From: an uncultured Ruminococcus sp.
Lineage (GTDB): Bacteria; Bacillota; Clostridia; Oscillospirales; CAG-382
NCBI GenBank assembly: GCA_964549435.1
Contig: CAZJVB010000006.1
Location: forward strand, 263 to 64,262
Length of the DNA: 64,000 nt
Direction of reading: 5' to 3'
Below are positions 46,767 through 56,086 of this stretch, piece after piece; within the stretch, counting starts at the first letter, position 1; each line of letters starts with the position of its first letter. The notes under the pieces were generated by a model. That model made no database searches and was not told where the DNA came from. It saw only the letters and a program-made list of their open reading frames with translations. Position numbers and translations under genes: made by a program.

Positions 46767-47924
46767 ATGAAAAAATTTCTCTGCATGCTTTGCGCATTCG
46801 CTCTGCTCGGCTCCCTTTGTTTCGCTTTGACCTCCTGCGGGCGGGATAAGCAGCTCGACGCCCTGCGGGATGAATTAAGCGGAAAACTGGAGGGGGATTA
46901 TACCAACGACCTTTCCGGTACGACGCTGTATGTCTACAACTGGGGAGAATATATCTCAGACGGAGAGGACGACAGTCTGGATATCAACCTTGCGTTTGAG
47001 GCAATTACGGGAATTCATGTCGAGTACGATACCTACGACAGCAACGAATCCATGTATGCGACACTCGCAGGCGGCGGTGTGACGTATGATATCCTGATTC
47101 CCTCCGATTATATGATCGCTCGGTTGATCGAGGAAGGATATTTGCAGAAACTGGACTATGGAAAGCTGACCAATTACCATTATATCGACGAAGCATACCG
47201 TCATTTGGAGTACGATCCGGATGGCGCCTATTCGATCCCTTATGCCGGCGGATATCTTGGAGTGATTTATAACAATACCTTGGTGGATGCCGAGGATGTG
47301 GACGGTACTTGGTCGCTGCTTTGGAATGAAAAATACAAGGGACAGATCATCGGCATCGATAATGCGCGCGATGCGCTCGCTATCGCGATGTATTCATTGG
47401 GAATTGATGTCAATACCAATGATACGTCGGAGTGGGACCGCGCTGCTGAAAAGCTGCAGCAGCAGGTTCCGCTTCTGCAGGGATGGTTTATGGATCTGGT
47501 CTTTACTAAAATGCAGGGAGAAAGTGCTGCAATCGCGACTTATTATGCCGGAGACTATCTGACGATGGTTGAGGCGATGAACGAAGCGGGACGCGACGGC
47601 GGACACCTGTCCTTCTATCTGCCGGAAGAGGGGACCAATATCTTCTTTGACGCGATGTGCGTCTGCAAGAATGCGCAGAATTATGATGCGGCAATGCTCT
47701 ATCTGAATTTTCTGATGGAGCCGTATATCGCTTTGCAGAATGCCGAGTATATTCGCTATACCTGCCCGAATACCGGCGTTTTGGAAAATGAGGAATATAC
47801 TCTCAAGGACAACGAATATCTTTATCCTACGACTGAAGTCAAGGCGACCGCTTACAGCAATCTGGATGCTTCCACGATTTCCTATTACGAGCAGCTTTGG
47901 AATCGCATCAAGAGCGCCGGCTGA
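46767..47924 (+). CDS. potD: spermidine/putrescine-binding lipoprotein
   Basis: Lipobox LTSCG. LYVYNWGEYI and the overall PotD/PotF pattern. Confidence 0.88.
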   Translation: MKKFLCMLCAFALLGSLCFALTSCGRDKQLDALRDELSGKLEGDYTNDLSGTTLYVYNWGEYISDGEDDSLDINLAFEAITGIHVEYDTYDSNESMYATLAGGGVTYDILIPSDYMIARLIEEGYLQKLDYGKLTNYHYIDEAYRHLEYDPDGAYSIPYAGGYLGVIYNNTLVDAEDVDGTWSLLWNEKYKGQIIGIDNARDALAIAMYSLGIDVNTNDTSEWDRAAEKLQQQVPLLQGWFMDLVFTKMQGESAAIATYYAGDYLTMVEAMNEAGRDGGHLSFYLPEEGTNIFFDAMCVCKNAQNYDAAMLYLNFLMEPYIALQNAEYIRYTCPNTGVLENEEYTLKDNEYLYPTTEVKATAYSNLDASTISYYEQLWNRIKSAG

Positions 47925-47950
47925 TAACCCGGATATAAAGACTGAGGATA

Positions 47951-47986
47951 AAAGGAGCTTCGCGGATCGTCGAAGCTCCTTTTTGA
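47951..47986 (+). terminator. rho-independent terminator of potABCD
   Basis: Stem AGGAGCTTCG/CGAAGCTCCT (47953-47962 / 47971-47980) followed by TTTTTG. Confidence 0.85.
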
Positions 47987-48367
47987 ATGAGAATAGGCAA
48001 AAGTTATGAGATATTTCAAAGAGAAACACCACGAAAAGGGGACAACTTCAAGAGAAGTACGGAACTATTATATCCAATCCTATGAATTTTGATCAGCGTT
48101 ACGGGTTCGATGCTCGGTTTGCCGTTGGTATGCCATCGTTATCTGCGACGTTCTTTTCTTGATGGACAAATATACCAATAGTGATTAGCATAATGCCTTC
48201 TGCGATTATGCCGCTGACATCTACGATAGCGCTAAATAGCTATATAGGTGTATTCATATCCACTTCAATATACTTTAAAATATCAATTCTATCGTCAATA
48301 TGATTACAGCCGCTTAACACAGGGGATCCTCGTTCATACCCATTGAGATTACATCCCTCATCTTGTT

Positions 48368-49219
48368 TCACTCATGGATTGCAAAAAAGGAAACGCCGAT
48401 TGCGCCCGGTCCGATGTGTGTGCCGATTGCGCTTCCGATAGGATATGCGGGAATTGCTTCCGTATACTCCTTCCATAGGGAGGAGCTGTCACGCAGGTAG
48501 GTCTGCAGCAAACTGTCATCCGGATCGGAATAGGCGGCTCCGTAGGGCATGCTGTAATCGACTCCGACGTCGCGGATCAGCTGGGATAAAAGGTGATTCC
48601 CTTTCTTGGAGCCCATTGCTTTCCCAAGTACCCTTACCGTTCCGCCCTCGATGGCGATGACCGGCCGAATATGCAGCAGTGTACCGGATACGGCGGTCAG
48701 CGTGGAGATTCGACCGCCCTTCTGAAGGTAGTCTAAGGTGCCGAGCAATGCCATCAGACGAATCCGTTTCTTATCGTTTTCCAGACGGTCGAACAGTGTT
48801 TGCGCGTCAATCGGCTCATTTATAAGACGGAGCGCATGTAAAAGGAGGAGACGTTCCCCGATACTGGCATTTTCGCTGTCAACCACAAAGACATGACCGG
48901 GGAATCCGTCTGCTGCCTGTAGGGCGTTTGCGTAGGTGCCGGACAGCTTGGAGGAAAGTGTGATCATGATAACTTCGCTGCCGTCTGCGGTCAGCTCGCG
49001 GAAAAATTCTTCAAACTGGAACGGATTGATTTGACTGGTTTTCGGCAGCTTTTCGCACTGCGTCAGTTTTTCGAAAAATTCCCTGTGGGTAAGATCTACT
49101 CCGTCAGTATAGCTTTCGCTTTCAAATAGGATGGTCAGGGGAATCATATGGACTCCCAGTGCCAGTGCCTCCTGCATATTGATATCGGCTGCGGAATCGA
49201 CCGCTAATTTGATTGCCAT
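48368..49219 (-). CDS. DegV family fatty-acid-binding protein
   Basis: 283 aa. MAIKLAVDSAADI N-terminus and the DegV pattern. SD AAAGGAG upstream. Confidence 0.85.
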   Translation of the reverse strand: MAIKLAVDSAADINMQEALALGVHMIPLTILFESESYTDGVDLTHREFFEKLTQCEKLPKTSQINPFQFEEFFRELTADGSEVIMITLSSKLSGTYANALQAADGFPGHVFVVDSENASIGERLLLLHALRLINEPIDAQTLFDRLENDKKRIRLMALLGTLDYLQKGGRISTLTAVSGTLLHIRPVIAIEGGTVRVLGKAMGSKKGNHLLSQLIRDVGVDYSMPYGAAYSDPDDSLLQTYLRDSSSLWKEYTEAIPAYPIGSAIGTHIGPGAIGVSFFAIHE

Positions 49220-49254
49220 AAAAGGCTCCTTTCTTACATTGAAGGATCGGCTGC

Positions 49255-49704
49255 CTATGCGTTTGCATTGACATATTGCTCGAGATTGTCATTGATTCTG
49301 TTCAGACAGCGGTAAAGGATTTCGCGCTCATTTTCCTGCAGACCGCTGCCGACGACGTCCAGCGCATTTGCTACCTTTTGCCGGACCTTTTCCGCAAGCT
49401 CCGTTCCCTGCTCGGTCAGAAGCAGCTTGGCGTTATATTTTTTGGATTGATAGGGCTGTGTGTCGATCAGAAGTCCACGCGAGATCAGTTCGGAAAGCGC
49501 TCTGCAAACACTCGCTTTGTCCTCCGCGCACAGCTTCGCAAGCTCTGCCTGCGTGAGCGTGCCCGGCTCCCTGTGCAAATAAAAGAGGCACATTGCGTGA
49601 ATCCCCTTCAATTGGAACTCTGTCATTTCCAGACTCTTGATACGTTGGATTGCGCGATTGATCTGCAGGATCAGGAAGGTAAACGTTTCAAACCGTTTTT
49701 CCAT
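49255..49704 (-). CDS. MarR family transcriptional regulator
   Basis: ATG 49704 (MEKRFETF) lies just downstream of AAAGGAG. Winged-helix segment LTQAELAKLCAEDKASVCRALSELISRGLL. Confidence 0.85.
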   Translation of the reverse strand: MEKRFETFTFLILQINRAIQRIKSLEMTEFQLKGIHAMCLFYLHREPGTLTQAELAKLCAEDKASVCRALSELISRGLLIDTQPYQSKKYNAKLLLTEQGTELAEKVRQKVANALDVVGSGLQENEREILYRCLNRINDNLEQYVNANA

Positions 49705-49833
49705 AGGAGCTCCTTTCATATGATCTTGTTGAAATTTCAACAAGAGGGAGTATATCATGAAATCGATGTAAAGTCAACCGGTTAATGAAGTTTTTACGTT
49801 CTGTTCATAAGCGAGGCACAGCATCTTTCCTCC

Positions 49834-49862
49834 TTGACAGGCTTTTTTATTTATGCTATAAT
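49834..49862 (+). promoter_or_regulatory. sigma-A-like promoter for the tetR-ABC operon
   Basis: TTGACA (49834-49839)-17 nt-TATAAT (49857-49862). Confidence 0.55.
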
Positions 49863-49907
49863 AGAACAAATGTTATAGAACAACAATTCTTGAAAGAGGG
49901 TGTGAAA

Positions 49908-50492
49908 GTGCCGCCAAAGGCAAAATTTACAGAAGAGGAGATTGTGCGGGCCGCCTTTCGTATTGTGCGGGCGCATGGGATGGACGCGCTGACTGCGAGG
50001 GCGCTCGGCAGGGAGTTAGGAAGCTCCGCTTGTCCGATCTTTACGGTTTTTGCAAGTATGAAGGAGGTACAGGCAGCAGTCGAAAAGGCGATTCGCGCTC
50101 TGTACAGTGCGTATGTTACGAGCGGTCTGCAGGAAACGCCGGCGTTCAAGGGCGTAGGTCAGCAGTATATCCGTTTTTCCAGAGAGGAACCTGTTTTTTT
50201 TCGGATTCTGTTCATGTCTGAAACGGAAGGTCAGACACCGGAGACCGTTCTTCCTGCGATTGAGGAGAGGTATGAAGAGATTCTGTCCTCCGTGCGGACG
50301 GAATACGGGCTCAACCGACGGGAGGCGATGGAGCTTTACCGTCATCTTTGGATCTATACGCATGGGATAGCTACGCTTTGCGCCACGCGTATGTGTACGT
50401 TTACAGAGCAGGAGAGCGGAGAACTATTGACGCAGGTATGCAGAAGCATACTCAAAGAGATAATTGCCGGCAGGCAGAAAGGGACGGAATGA
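49908..50492 (+). CDS. TetR/AcrR family transcriptional regulator
   Basis: GTG 49908 (or 49902) downstream of the consensus promoter. HTH region FTEEEIVRAAFRIVRAHGMDALTARALGRELGSS. The track ATG 49785 lies upstream of the promoter. Confidence 0.82.
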   Translation: MPPKAKFTEEEIVRAAFRIVRAHGMDALTARALGRELGSSACPIFTVFASMKEVQAAVEKAIRALYSAYVTSGLQETPAFKGVGQQYIRFSREEPVFFRILFMSETEGQTPETVLPAIEERYEEILSSVRTEYGLNRREAMELYRHLWIYTHGIATLCATRMCTFTEQESGELLTQVCRSILKEIIAGRQKGTE

Positions 50493-51184
50493 TGATTGAG
50501 GCGAAGGATTTAGTCAAAACCTACGGAAACGGGGAAAGTCGCTGTGAGGTATTGAAAGGGATCTCCTTGCGGATTGAAAACGGCGCGTTCGTTGTGATTT
50601 TGGGCGCCTCCGGTTCCGGAAAATCGACGCTGCTGCACATCCTTTCCGGATTGGAGATGCCGGATAGCGGTTCGGTATCTTATGACGGGAGGGAGATAGC
50701 GCACCTTTCTGACCGGGAGCTTACTGCGTTTCGGAAAAAGACGATCGGATTTGTTTTTCAGCAATATTACCTTCTGCCGCATTTAACGATTGGTGATAAT
50801 GTGAAATTGAGCGCCGACCTGGCGGGGAACCGGGAGTATGAAGAGCTACTTCTTGCAGTCGGCTTGGGTGAGAAGCGACGAAAATATCCACATGAATTGT
50901 CAGGAGGGGAGCAGCAGCGAGCAGCCATCGCACGTGCTTTGGCAAAGCATCCGCGTGTCCTGTTTTGCGATGAGCCGACAGGGGCTTTGGATGAACAGAC
51001 CGGCAGACAGGTGCTTGCCTGCCTCTGCGATCTGCAGGAAAAATACGGGTTTACGGTTGTGATGGTGACGCACAATCAGAATCTTTCGGAGATGGCAGAT
51101 ACCGTCATAAGGGTGAACAGCGGGAAAATTGCCGGGCTGATTTCTCAGACGGTAAGAAAAAACGCCTATGAGATCGGATGGTGA
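50489..51184 (+). CDS. ABC transporter ATP-binding protein (MacB/FtsE-type)
   Basis: ATG 50489 overlaps the tetR stop. [24 protein letters not shown] and CDEPTGALD motifs. Confidence 0.88.
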   Translation: MMIEAKDLVKTYGNGESRCEVLKGISLRIENGAFVVILGASGSGKSTLLHILSGLEMPDSGSVSYDGREIAHLSDRELTAFRKKTIGFVFQQYYLLPHLTIGDNVKLSADLAGNREYEELLLAVGLGEKRRKYPHELSGGEQQRAAIARALAKHPRVLFCDEPTGALDEQTGRQVLACLCDLQEKYGFTVVMVTHNQNLSEMADTVIRVNSGKIAGLISQTVRKNAYEIGW

Positions 51185-52334
51185 GTTGGGGATGGTCATA
51201 GGAATCAGGGACGCATGCAAACTGCTGGGAATCTCCGTGATTGCCTGCTGCGCAGTATTTGTCTGTACATTGTTTATGAACTTTCATCTGGATCTGGTTA
51301 ACATGGAGGAGCAAATCGTGTCGGAACCGTCTGTGCGCCTGTACCGTGCGATGCTGTCCTCCGGTAAAGTGACGGTCGCTGTCAGCGGGGGCTGCCTGCT
51401 GCTCACGTCTGCGGTCACGCTGGGCTTTTATATCCGGCAATATCTGGATGCTCACGGAAAGGAGCTCGGCATTCTAAAAGCGCTGGGCTATTCCCGTTTG
51501 AAGCTTGCGTTCTGTTTTCGGAGGTTCGGCGGCAGTGTGCTGGTTGGCTGTATAGCAGGATTTGTATTCGCTTTTCTGTTGATGCCGTCCTTTTATGAGG
51601 TGCAGAATGCAGAGCAGCTTTTTCCTGAGATTGCGGTACATTTTCATCCGATACTTGCGTTGGGGATGCTTTTTCTTCCGCCTTTGTTTTTCTCCGGGTT
51701 GTCGATCGGTTATGCCTACCTGCTGTTAGGACGACCGACGTTGGCGCTGCTCCGGGAAGAACGAAAGGAACACAAGGCAGGGAGAGAAAAATCGACGGAG
51801 CAGGCGCTTCCTTTTCTGCGCCTGCTGAGGAGACAGACGCTGCGTTCCGGAAAAATATTGGTGTTCTTCCTTGCATTTTCGGCATTCTGCTTTTCTGCCA
51901 TGACACAGATGTCCTTCGGGATGCGGAATCTTACCAGCCGCATGATGGAGGTGATGGTGCTTGTAATCGGTGTAATTCTTGCCTGTACGACGCTCTTTCT
52001 TGCTGTTTCTACGGTAATCCGTTCGAATGCGAAAACGATTGCGATGATGCGGGTGTTCGGTTATTCGTACCGGGATTGCGGCGATGCGATTCTCGGTGGA
52101 TACCGACCGGTATCCTATGTCGGATTTGCAGTGGGGAGTGTATACCAGTACGGGTTGCTGAAAGGCGTTGTGACGATCGTTTTTAAGGAGGTCGAAAGCG
52201 TGCCGTCATATGCCTTCAATTGGAAAGCGTTTGCAGCCTCCCTCGTTGCCTTTGCGGTTCTGTACGAGCTTGCAATGCATGTCTGTACGAACCGCATCCG
52301 GTCGCTTTCCCTGAAAAGCGTTATGTCAGAATAA
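51168..52334 (+). CDS. ABC transporter permease, FtsX-like, compact form
   Basis: About 380-388 aa. Two FtsX-type segments (GILKALGYSRLKL; IAMMRVFGYSYRD) and no large extracytoplasmic domain. Start at 51168 or 51192. Confidence 0.75.
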   Translation: MRSDGELGMVIGIRDACKLLGISVIACCAVFVCTLFMNFHLDLVNMEEQIVSEPSVRLYRAMLSSGKVTVAVSGGCLLLTSAVTLGFYIRQYLDAHGKELGILKALGYSRLKLAFCFRRFGGSVLVGCIAGFVFAFLLMPSFYEVQNAEQLFPEIAVHFHPILALGMLFLPPLFFSGLSIGYAYLLLGRPTLALLREERKEHKAGREKSTEQALPFLRLLRRQTLRSGKILVFFLAFSAFCFSAMTQMSFGMRNLTSRMMEVMVLVIGVILACTTLFLAVSTVIRSNAKTIAMMRVFGYSYRDCGDAILGGYRPVSYVGFAVGSVYQYGLLKGVVTIVFKEVESVPSYAFNWKAFAASLVAFAVLYELAMHVCTNRIRSLSLKSVMSE

Positions 52335-52352
52335 TATAAGCGGGCTTGCTGC

Positions 52353-52389
52353 CAGCCTCCGCCGATGCATCTCGGCGGAGGCTGTTTTC
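52353..52389 (+). terminator. rho-independent terminator of the tetR-ABC operon
   Basis: 13-bp stem CAGCCTCCGCCGA/TCGGCGGAGGCTG (52353-52365 / 52372-52384), 6-nt loop, followed by TTTTCC. Confidence 0.85.
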
Positions 52390-52550
52390 CTGCGACAGCC
52401 TTATCCTGTCTGCCGGGGGAGACAGGACCGGGGGACACGGAGAGGCGGTTGCAGTATTTCCGGTATCAAACGCCACGCTGCAGGGGTTCTTTTCGACTCT
52501 TGCAGCAGAGGAAAATTTGTGATATACTGGCAAAAAACGGGAGGCAACCT

Positions 52551-53309
52551 ATGACATTTGAGGAAAGAAAAGCACTTGTGCAGAGCTATCTCGGCAAAAC
52601 GGTTTCGGTGAAAATTGACCGCCCGATTGAGTATGTACACCATAAGAAACATGTTACGCTGCACTATCCGATCAATTACGGCTATCTTCCCGGCGTGCTC
52701 GGAGGTGACGGGGAGGAACTGGACGTCTATGTACTGGGTATCGATGTGCCAGTGGACGTCTGTTCCGTTTGTGTGATCGGGATTGTGTATCGTGAAAACG
52801 ATGTAGAAGACAAGCTGATCGCTGCGCCAGAGGGCATGGTGTTCGATCAGGCACAGATCGCTTCTGCGATTCATTTTCAGGAGCAGTATTACCGTACCGC
52901 TGTGGAGGCCCTTTTTCAGAAGTCCTGCGGTGCTGTCCTGTACCGGAAGCGATGCGGCGTTACCGAGTATCTGCTTCTGCTGCAAAGGCGGTCGCAGACG
53001 TGGAGCTTTCCGAAGGGGCATATGGAGGCGGGTGAAACGGAAAAGCAGACCGCCTTGCGTGAGGTGCGAGAGGAAACTGGGTTAGACGTTGTGTTTTCAG
53101 AGTCCTTTCGGGAAACGGTGGAATACCGGCTTGCAAACGGTGGTCGCAAACAGGTGGTTCTGTTCTTGGCGGAGACGACGGCGGAACCGGACGTACGGGC
53201 AGAGGAGATCGAAGCATTCCGTTGGTGTCCTCTCGTTGAAGTGCGGGAGATCCTGCACCGCTTGTATGGGGAGCCGTTGTTCAAGCGATTGGAGAAGGTG
53301 GAAGGATGA
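52551..53309 (+). CDS. inorganic-pyrophosphatase-like domain fused to a NUDIX hydrolase domain
   Basis: ATG 52551 behind GGGAGG. N-terminal half has a PPase-like GDGEELDVYVLG motif. C-terminal half has a perfect Nudix box GHMEAGETEKQTALREVREETGL. Confidence 0.75.
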   Translation: MTFEERKALVQSYLGKTVSVKIDRPIEYVHHKKHVTLHYPINYGYLPGVLGGDGEELDVYVLGIDVPVDVCSVCVIGIVYRENDVEDKLIAAPEGMVFDQAQIASAIHFQEQYYRTAVEALFQKSCGAVLYRKRCGVTEYLLLLQRRSQTWSFPKGHMEAGETEKQTALREVREETGLDVVFSESFRETVEYRLANGGRKQVVLFLAETTAEPDVRAEEIEAFRWCPLVEVREILHRLYGEPLFKRLEKVEG

Positions 53310-53779
53310 GACGACAGGAACTGGAATGCACCGATTTCAATAGGATGCTTACGGTCATGGAAGCATGCGATTGCTGCCGTCTGGGACTGTTTGACGGCGA
53401 GGAGCCGTACATTCTGCCGATGAATTTCGGGTATGCATATGAAGCGGAGAAGCAGGCGCTTGTACTGTACTTCCATTGTGCGCCGGAGGGGAAGAAGCTC
53501 ACGCTTGCCAAGGAGCGGTCTCGCGTTGGCTTTGAAATGGATACCGGTCATCAGCTGATCGAGGATCGGCGTGCCTGCGGGTATTCCTTTCATTACCGGA
53601 GCATCATCGGTGGCGGGGAGGTTTCTTTTTTGGAGCAGGAGGCGGATAAGAGAGAGGCGCTGAAACGGATCATGGCGCATTACAGTGGTCGTTCGGATTG
53701 GACGTTCCCGCCGGAAGCGATCGGGCGGGTTACGATCCTGAAACTGACTGTCACGCATTGGAGCTGTAAGGAACGGTGA
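53306..53779 (+). CDS. pyridoxamine 5'-phosphate oxidase-family (FMN-binding split-barrel) protein
   Basis: 157 aa. The C..CRLGL.DGEEPYILPMNFGY pattern of the Pyridox_ox_2 / NimA-like family. ATGA overlap with the upstream gene. Confidence 0.75.
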   Translation: MRRQELECTDFNRMLTVMEACDCCRLGLFDGEEPYILPMNFGYAYEAEKQALVLYFHCAPEGKKLTLAKERSRVGFEMDTGHQLIEDRRACGYSFHYRSIIGGGEVSFLEQEADKREALKRIMAHYSGRSDWTFPPEAIGRVTILKLTVTHWSCKER

Positions 53780-53877
53780 TTCGTTTTCTCCTTCCTTCTG
53801 TTAGGAAAAGAATGGAAATCTATTGGCAATCGCTTGATTGTGTGATATAATCTTTTAAAACAACAAAGGAGAGGGAG

Positions 53878-55182
53878 ATGATAAATGTGGTGCTTGAAAC
53901 CGAACGGTTGCTGCTGCGCCCGTGGGAGGTGCGCGATGCGGAGGCGCTTTATTCGTATGCAAAGGATCCGCGTGTCGGTTTGATGGCAGGATGGCCGCCG
54001 CATACAGACGTGGAAAACAGCCGGGAAATCATCCGCAGCGTACTGTCGAGGCCGGAAACCTATGCGGTCGTGCTGAAAAGCTCCGGAAAACCGGTGGGAA
54101 GCGTGGGTATCATGCTGCCGGGACACGGTAATTTTGCTTTTCCGGAACACGGGGCGGAGATCGGCTACTGGATCGGCGTGCCTTATTGGGGGCGGGGACT
54201 GATACCGGAGGCGGTGCGCGAGCTGCTGCGTCGCTGCTTTGGAGAGCTGCACTGTGAGACAGTCTGGTGCTGCTATTTTGACGGAAACGTTCAATCCAAG
54301 CGCGTGCAGGAAAAGTGTGGTTTTGTTTATCATCATACAGAAACGGCCATGTCCACCGGGATCGGCGAACGCACGGGACATGTCACCTGTCTGACGAAAT
54401 ACGATTGGCGTCTGCGCTGTCTGTTTGCCGGCTGGGAGGAAGCGGAAACCATGATTTTGTCCTGTCTGCAAAAGGTTATGGGCCATGTCTATACGAATCG
54501 GGATCAGTCTGCGGCAATGGCGCTGCTGGGAGATTTTTGCTTTTTTGCGGGAGTGCCGGACGAAGCGCTGGTTCGACTGGAGCCGACCGAAGAGCGCCCT
54601 TCAATTCTCGTGCCGCAGCATGAGGACTGGTCGGCGCTGATAGAATGTGTTTACGGGAAAGAGGTTCGGCGGATTAAACGCTATGCGATCAGAAAGGAAA
54701 AGCAGATCTTTGATCTGGCGCTGCTTCGTGAGGCGGCGAACAGCCTGCCGAAGGAGTATGAACTTCGGCAGCTTGATGCTGCCTGTTATGCGGCGTGCAG
54801 GTCGGAGGCATGGAGCAGGGATCTGGTTTCGCAGTTTCCGGCGTATGAACAGTACCGCGATAAGGGACTTGGCTTTGTCGTTCTGCGGGACGGAAAGCCG
54901 GTTTCCGGTGCGTCCTCCTACTCGGTATTCTGCGGAGGCATAGAGATTGAGGTAGATACGCATCCGGATTTTCGGAGGAGAGGGCTTGCCTATGCCTGCT
55001 GTGCAAGGCTGCTTTCGGAATGCCTTGACAGAGGGTTGTATCCGAGTTGGGATGCGCACAATCCCGCGTCAGTCGCTTTGGCGGAAAAATTAGGGTACCA
55101 TGCAGATCATGAATATCCCGCGTACTGGATATGTACGGAGGGAAACGGAAAGGAAGAACATCATGCAATTGGAGCTTCGTAG
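53878..55182 (+). CDS. tandem GNAT N-acetyltransferase fusion
   Basis: 434 aa. The N-terminal half is RimJ/RimL-like (LETERLLLRPWEVRDAEALYSYAKDP, GYWIGVPYWGRGL). The C-terminal half is a second GNAT (IEVDTHPDFRRRGLAYACCARLL). Confidence 0.78.
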   Translation: MINVVLETERLLLRPWEVRDAEALYSYAKDPRVGLMAGWPPHTDVENSREIIRSVLSRPETYAVVLKSSGKPVGSVGIMLPGHGNFAFPEHGAEIGYWIGVPYWGRGLIPEAVRELLRRCFGELHCETVWCCYFDGNVQSKRVQEKCGFVYHHTETAMSTGIGERTGHVTCLTKYDWRLRCLFAGWEEAETMILSCLQKVMGHVYTNRDQSAAMALLGDFCFFAGVPDEALVRLEPTEERPSILVPQHEDWSALIECVYGKEVRRIKRYAIRKEKQIFDLALLREAANSLPKEYELRQLDAACYAACRSEAWSRDLVSQFPAYEQYRDKGLGFVVLRDGKPVSGASSYSVFCGGIEIEVDTHPDFRRRGLAYACCARLLSECLDRGLYPSWDAHNPASVALAEKLGYHADHEYPAYWICTEGNGKEEHHAIGAS

Positions 55183-56086
55183 GATTGAAAAACGCTTTGG
55201 AGAGAAGCGGGTTCTGAACGGTTTGTCCTTGACCGCGAACAGCGGGAAGGCATTCGGTCTGCTCGGAAGGAACGGCGCCGGAAAGACGACCACGATCCGC
55301 ATTCTGATGCAGGTTTTCCCTATGGATGGCGGGGAGGTTCTGTTAGACGGAAAGCCGATCGATTACCGTACTGTTCGTTTTGGATACCTTCCGGAGGAGC
55401 GGGGACTGTATCCGAAGAAGAGAATTCTTGATCAGTTGGTATATTTCGCTGAGTTGAAAGGGATGGAACGCAGAGAGGCGATAGAAGCGGTTGACCGCTG
55501 GCTGGATCGGTTGGAAATGACCGAATACCGCGAAAAGCGCTTGGATACGCTATCTAAGGGCAACCAGCAAAAAATTCAGCTGATTACCGCATTGGCACAT
55601 GATCCGCAGATCGTGATTCTGGATGAACCGTTTTCTGGTCTGGATCCGGTCAATGCCATGCTTCTGAAAGAGGTTGAGGAGGAGGAGATTGCCCGCGGCA
55701 AGATTGTGCTGTTTTCCAGCCATCAGATGAGTTATATCGAGGAATTTTGTGACCGGATTGCCATTCTGAACGACGGGAAGGCGGTGTTGCACGGGGATCT
55801 TCATGACATCAAACGGAGTTATCTCCGAGATCGGTTGGTGGTTTCCTCCACGCAGTCGGAGCAGATTGCAGCCGCGTTCGGCGAACGCAGCGCGCCTGCA
55901 GGAGACGGCAGACTGCTGTTGACTCTTTCCTCGCCGGAGGAAAAGCAAAGTGTGATGAAGATGTTGACGGAGACCTACGATATCGATGAAATCAAGGTTT
56001 TCGAGCCTTCTTTGAACGATATTTTCGTCGAATATGCACAGGCGGAATCGTCGCCGACCGGTAGTGAAGGGCAAGGGAGGAAATGA
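55163..56086 (+). CDS. ABC-2 type transporter ATP-binding protein
   Basis: ATG 55163 behind AAAGGAAG. GRNGAGKTT, LSKGNQQKIQLITAL and LDEPFSGLD motifs. 20-nt overlap with the GNAT fusion gene. Confidence 0.88.
   Translation: MQLELRRIEKRFGEKRVLNGLSLTANSGKAFGLLGRNGAGKTTTIRILMQVFPMDGGEVLLDGKPIDYRTVRFGYLPEERGLYPKKRILDQLVYFAELKGMERREAIEAVDRWLDRLEMTEYREKRLDTLSKGNQQKIQLITALAHDPQIVILDEPFSGLDPVNAMLLKEVEEEEIARGKIVLFSSHQMSYIEEFCDRIAILNDGKAVLHGDLHDIKRSYLRDRLVVSSTQSEQIAAAFGERSAPAGDGRLLLTLSSPEEKQSVMKMLTETYDIDEIKVFEPSLNDIFVEYAQAESSPTGSEGQGRK

Noticed and set aside
48095-48120. GGGTTCGATGCTC, resembling a tRNA T-loop, inside the AT-rich island.
   Set aside because: The flanking bases cannot form a T-stem or an acceptor stem, and no cloverleaf is visible, so this is not a tRNA or an obvious tRNA fragment.
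52916-54486. Two long minus-strand ORFs (280 and 268 aa) opposite the NUDIX, PNPOx and GNAT genes.
   Set aside because: These are R/H/P-rich shadow ORFs. The sense strand carries a Nudix box and GNAT motifs.
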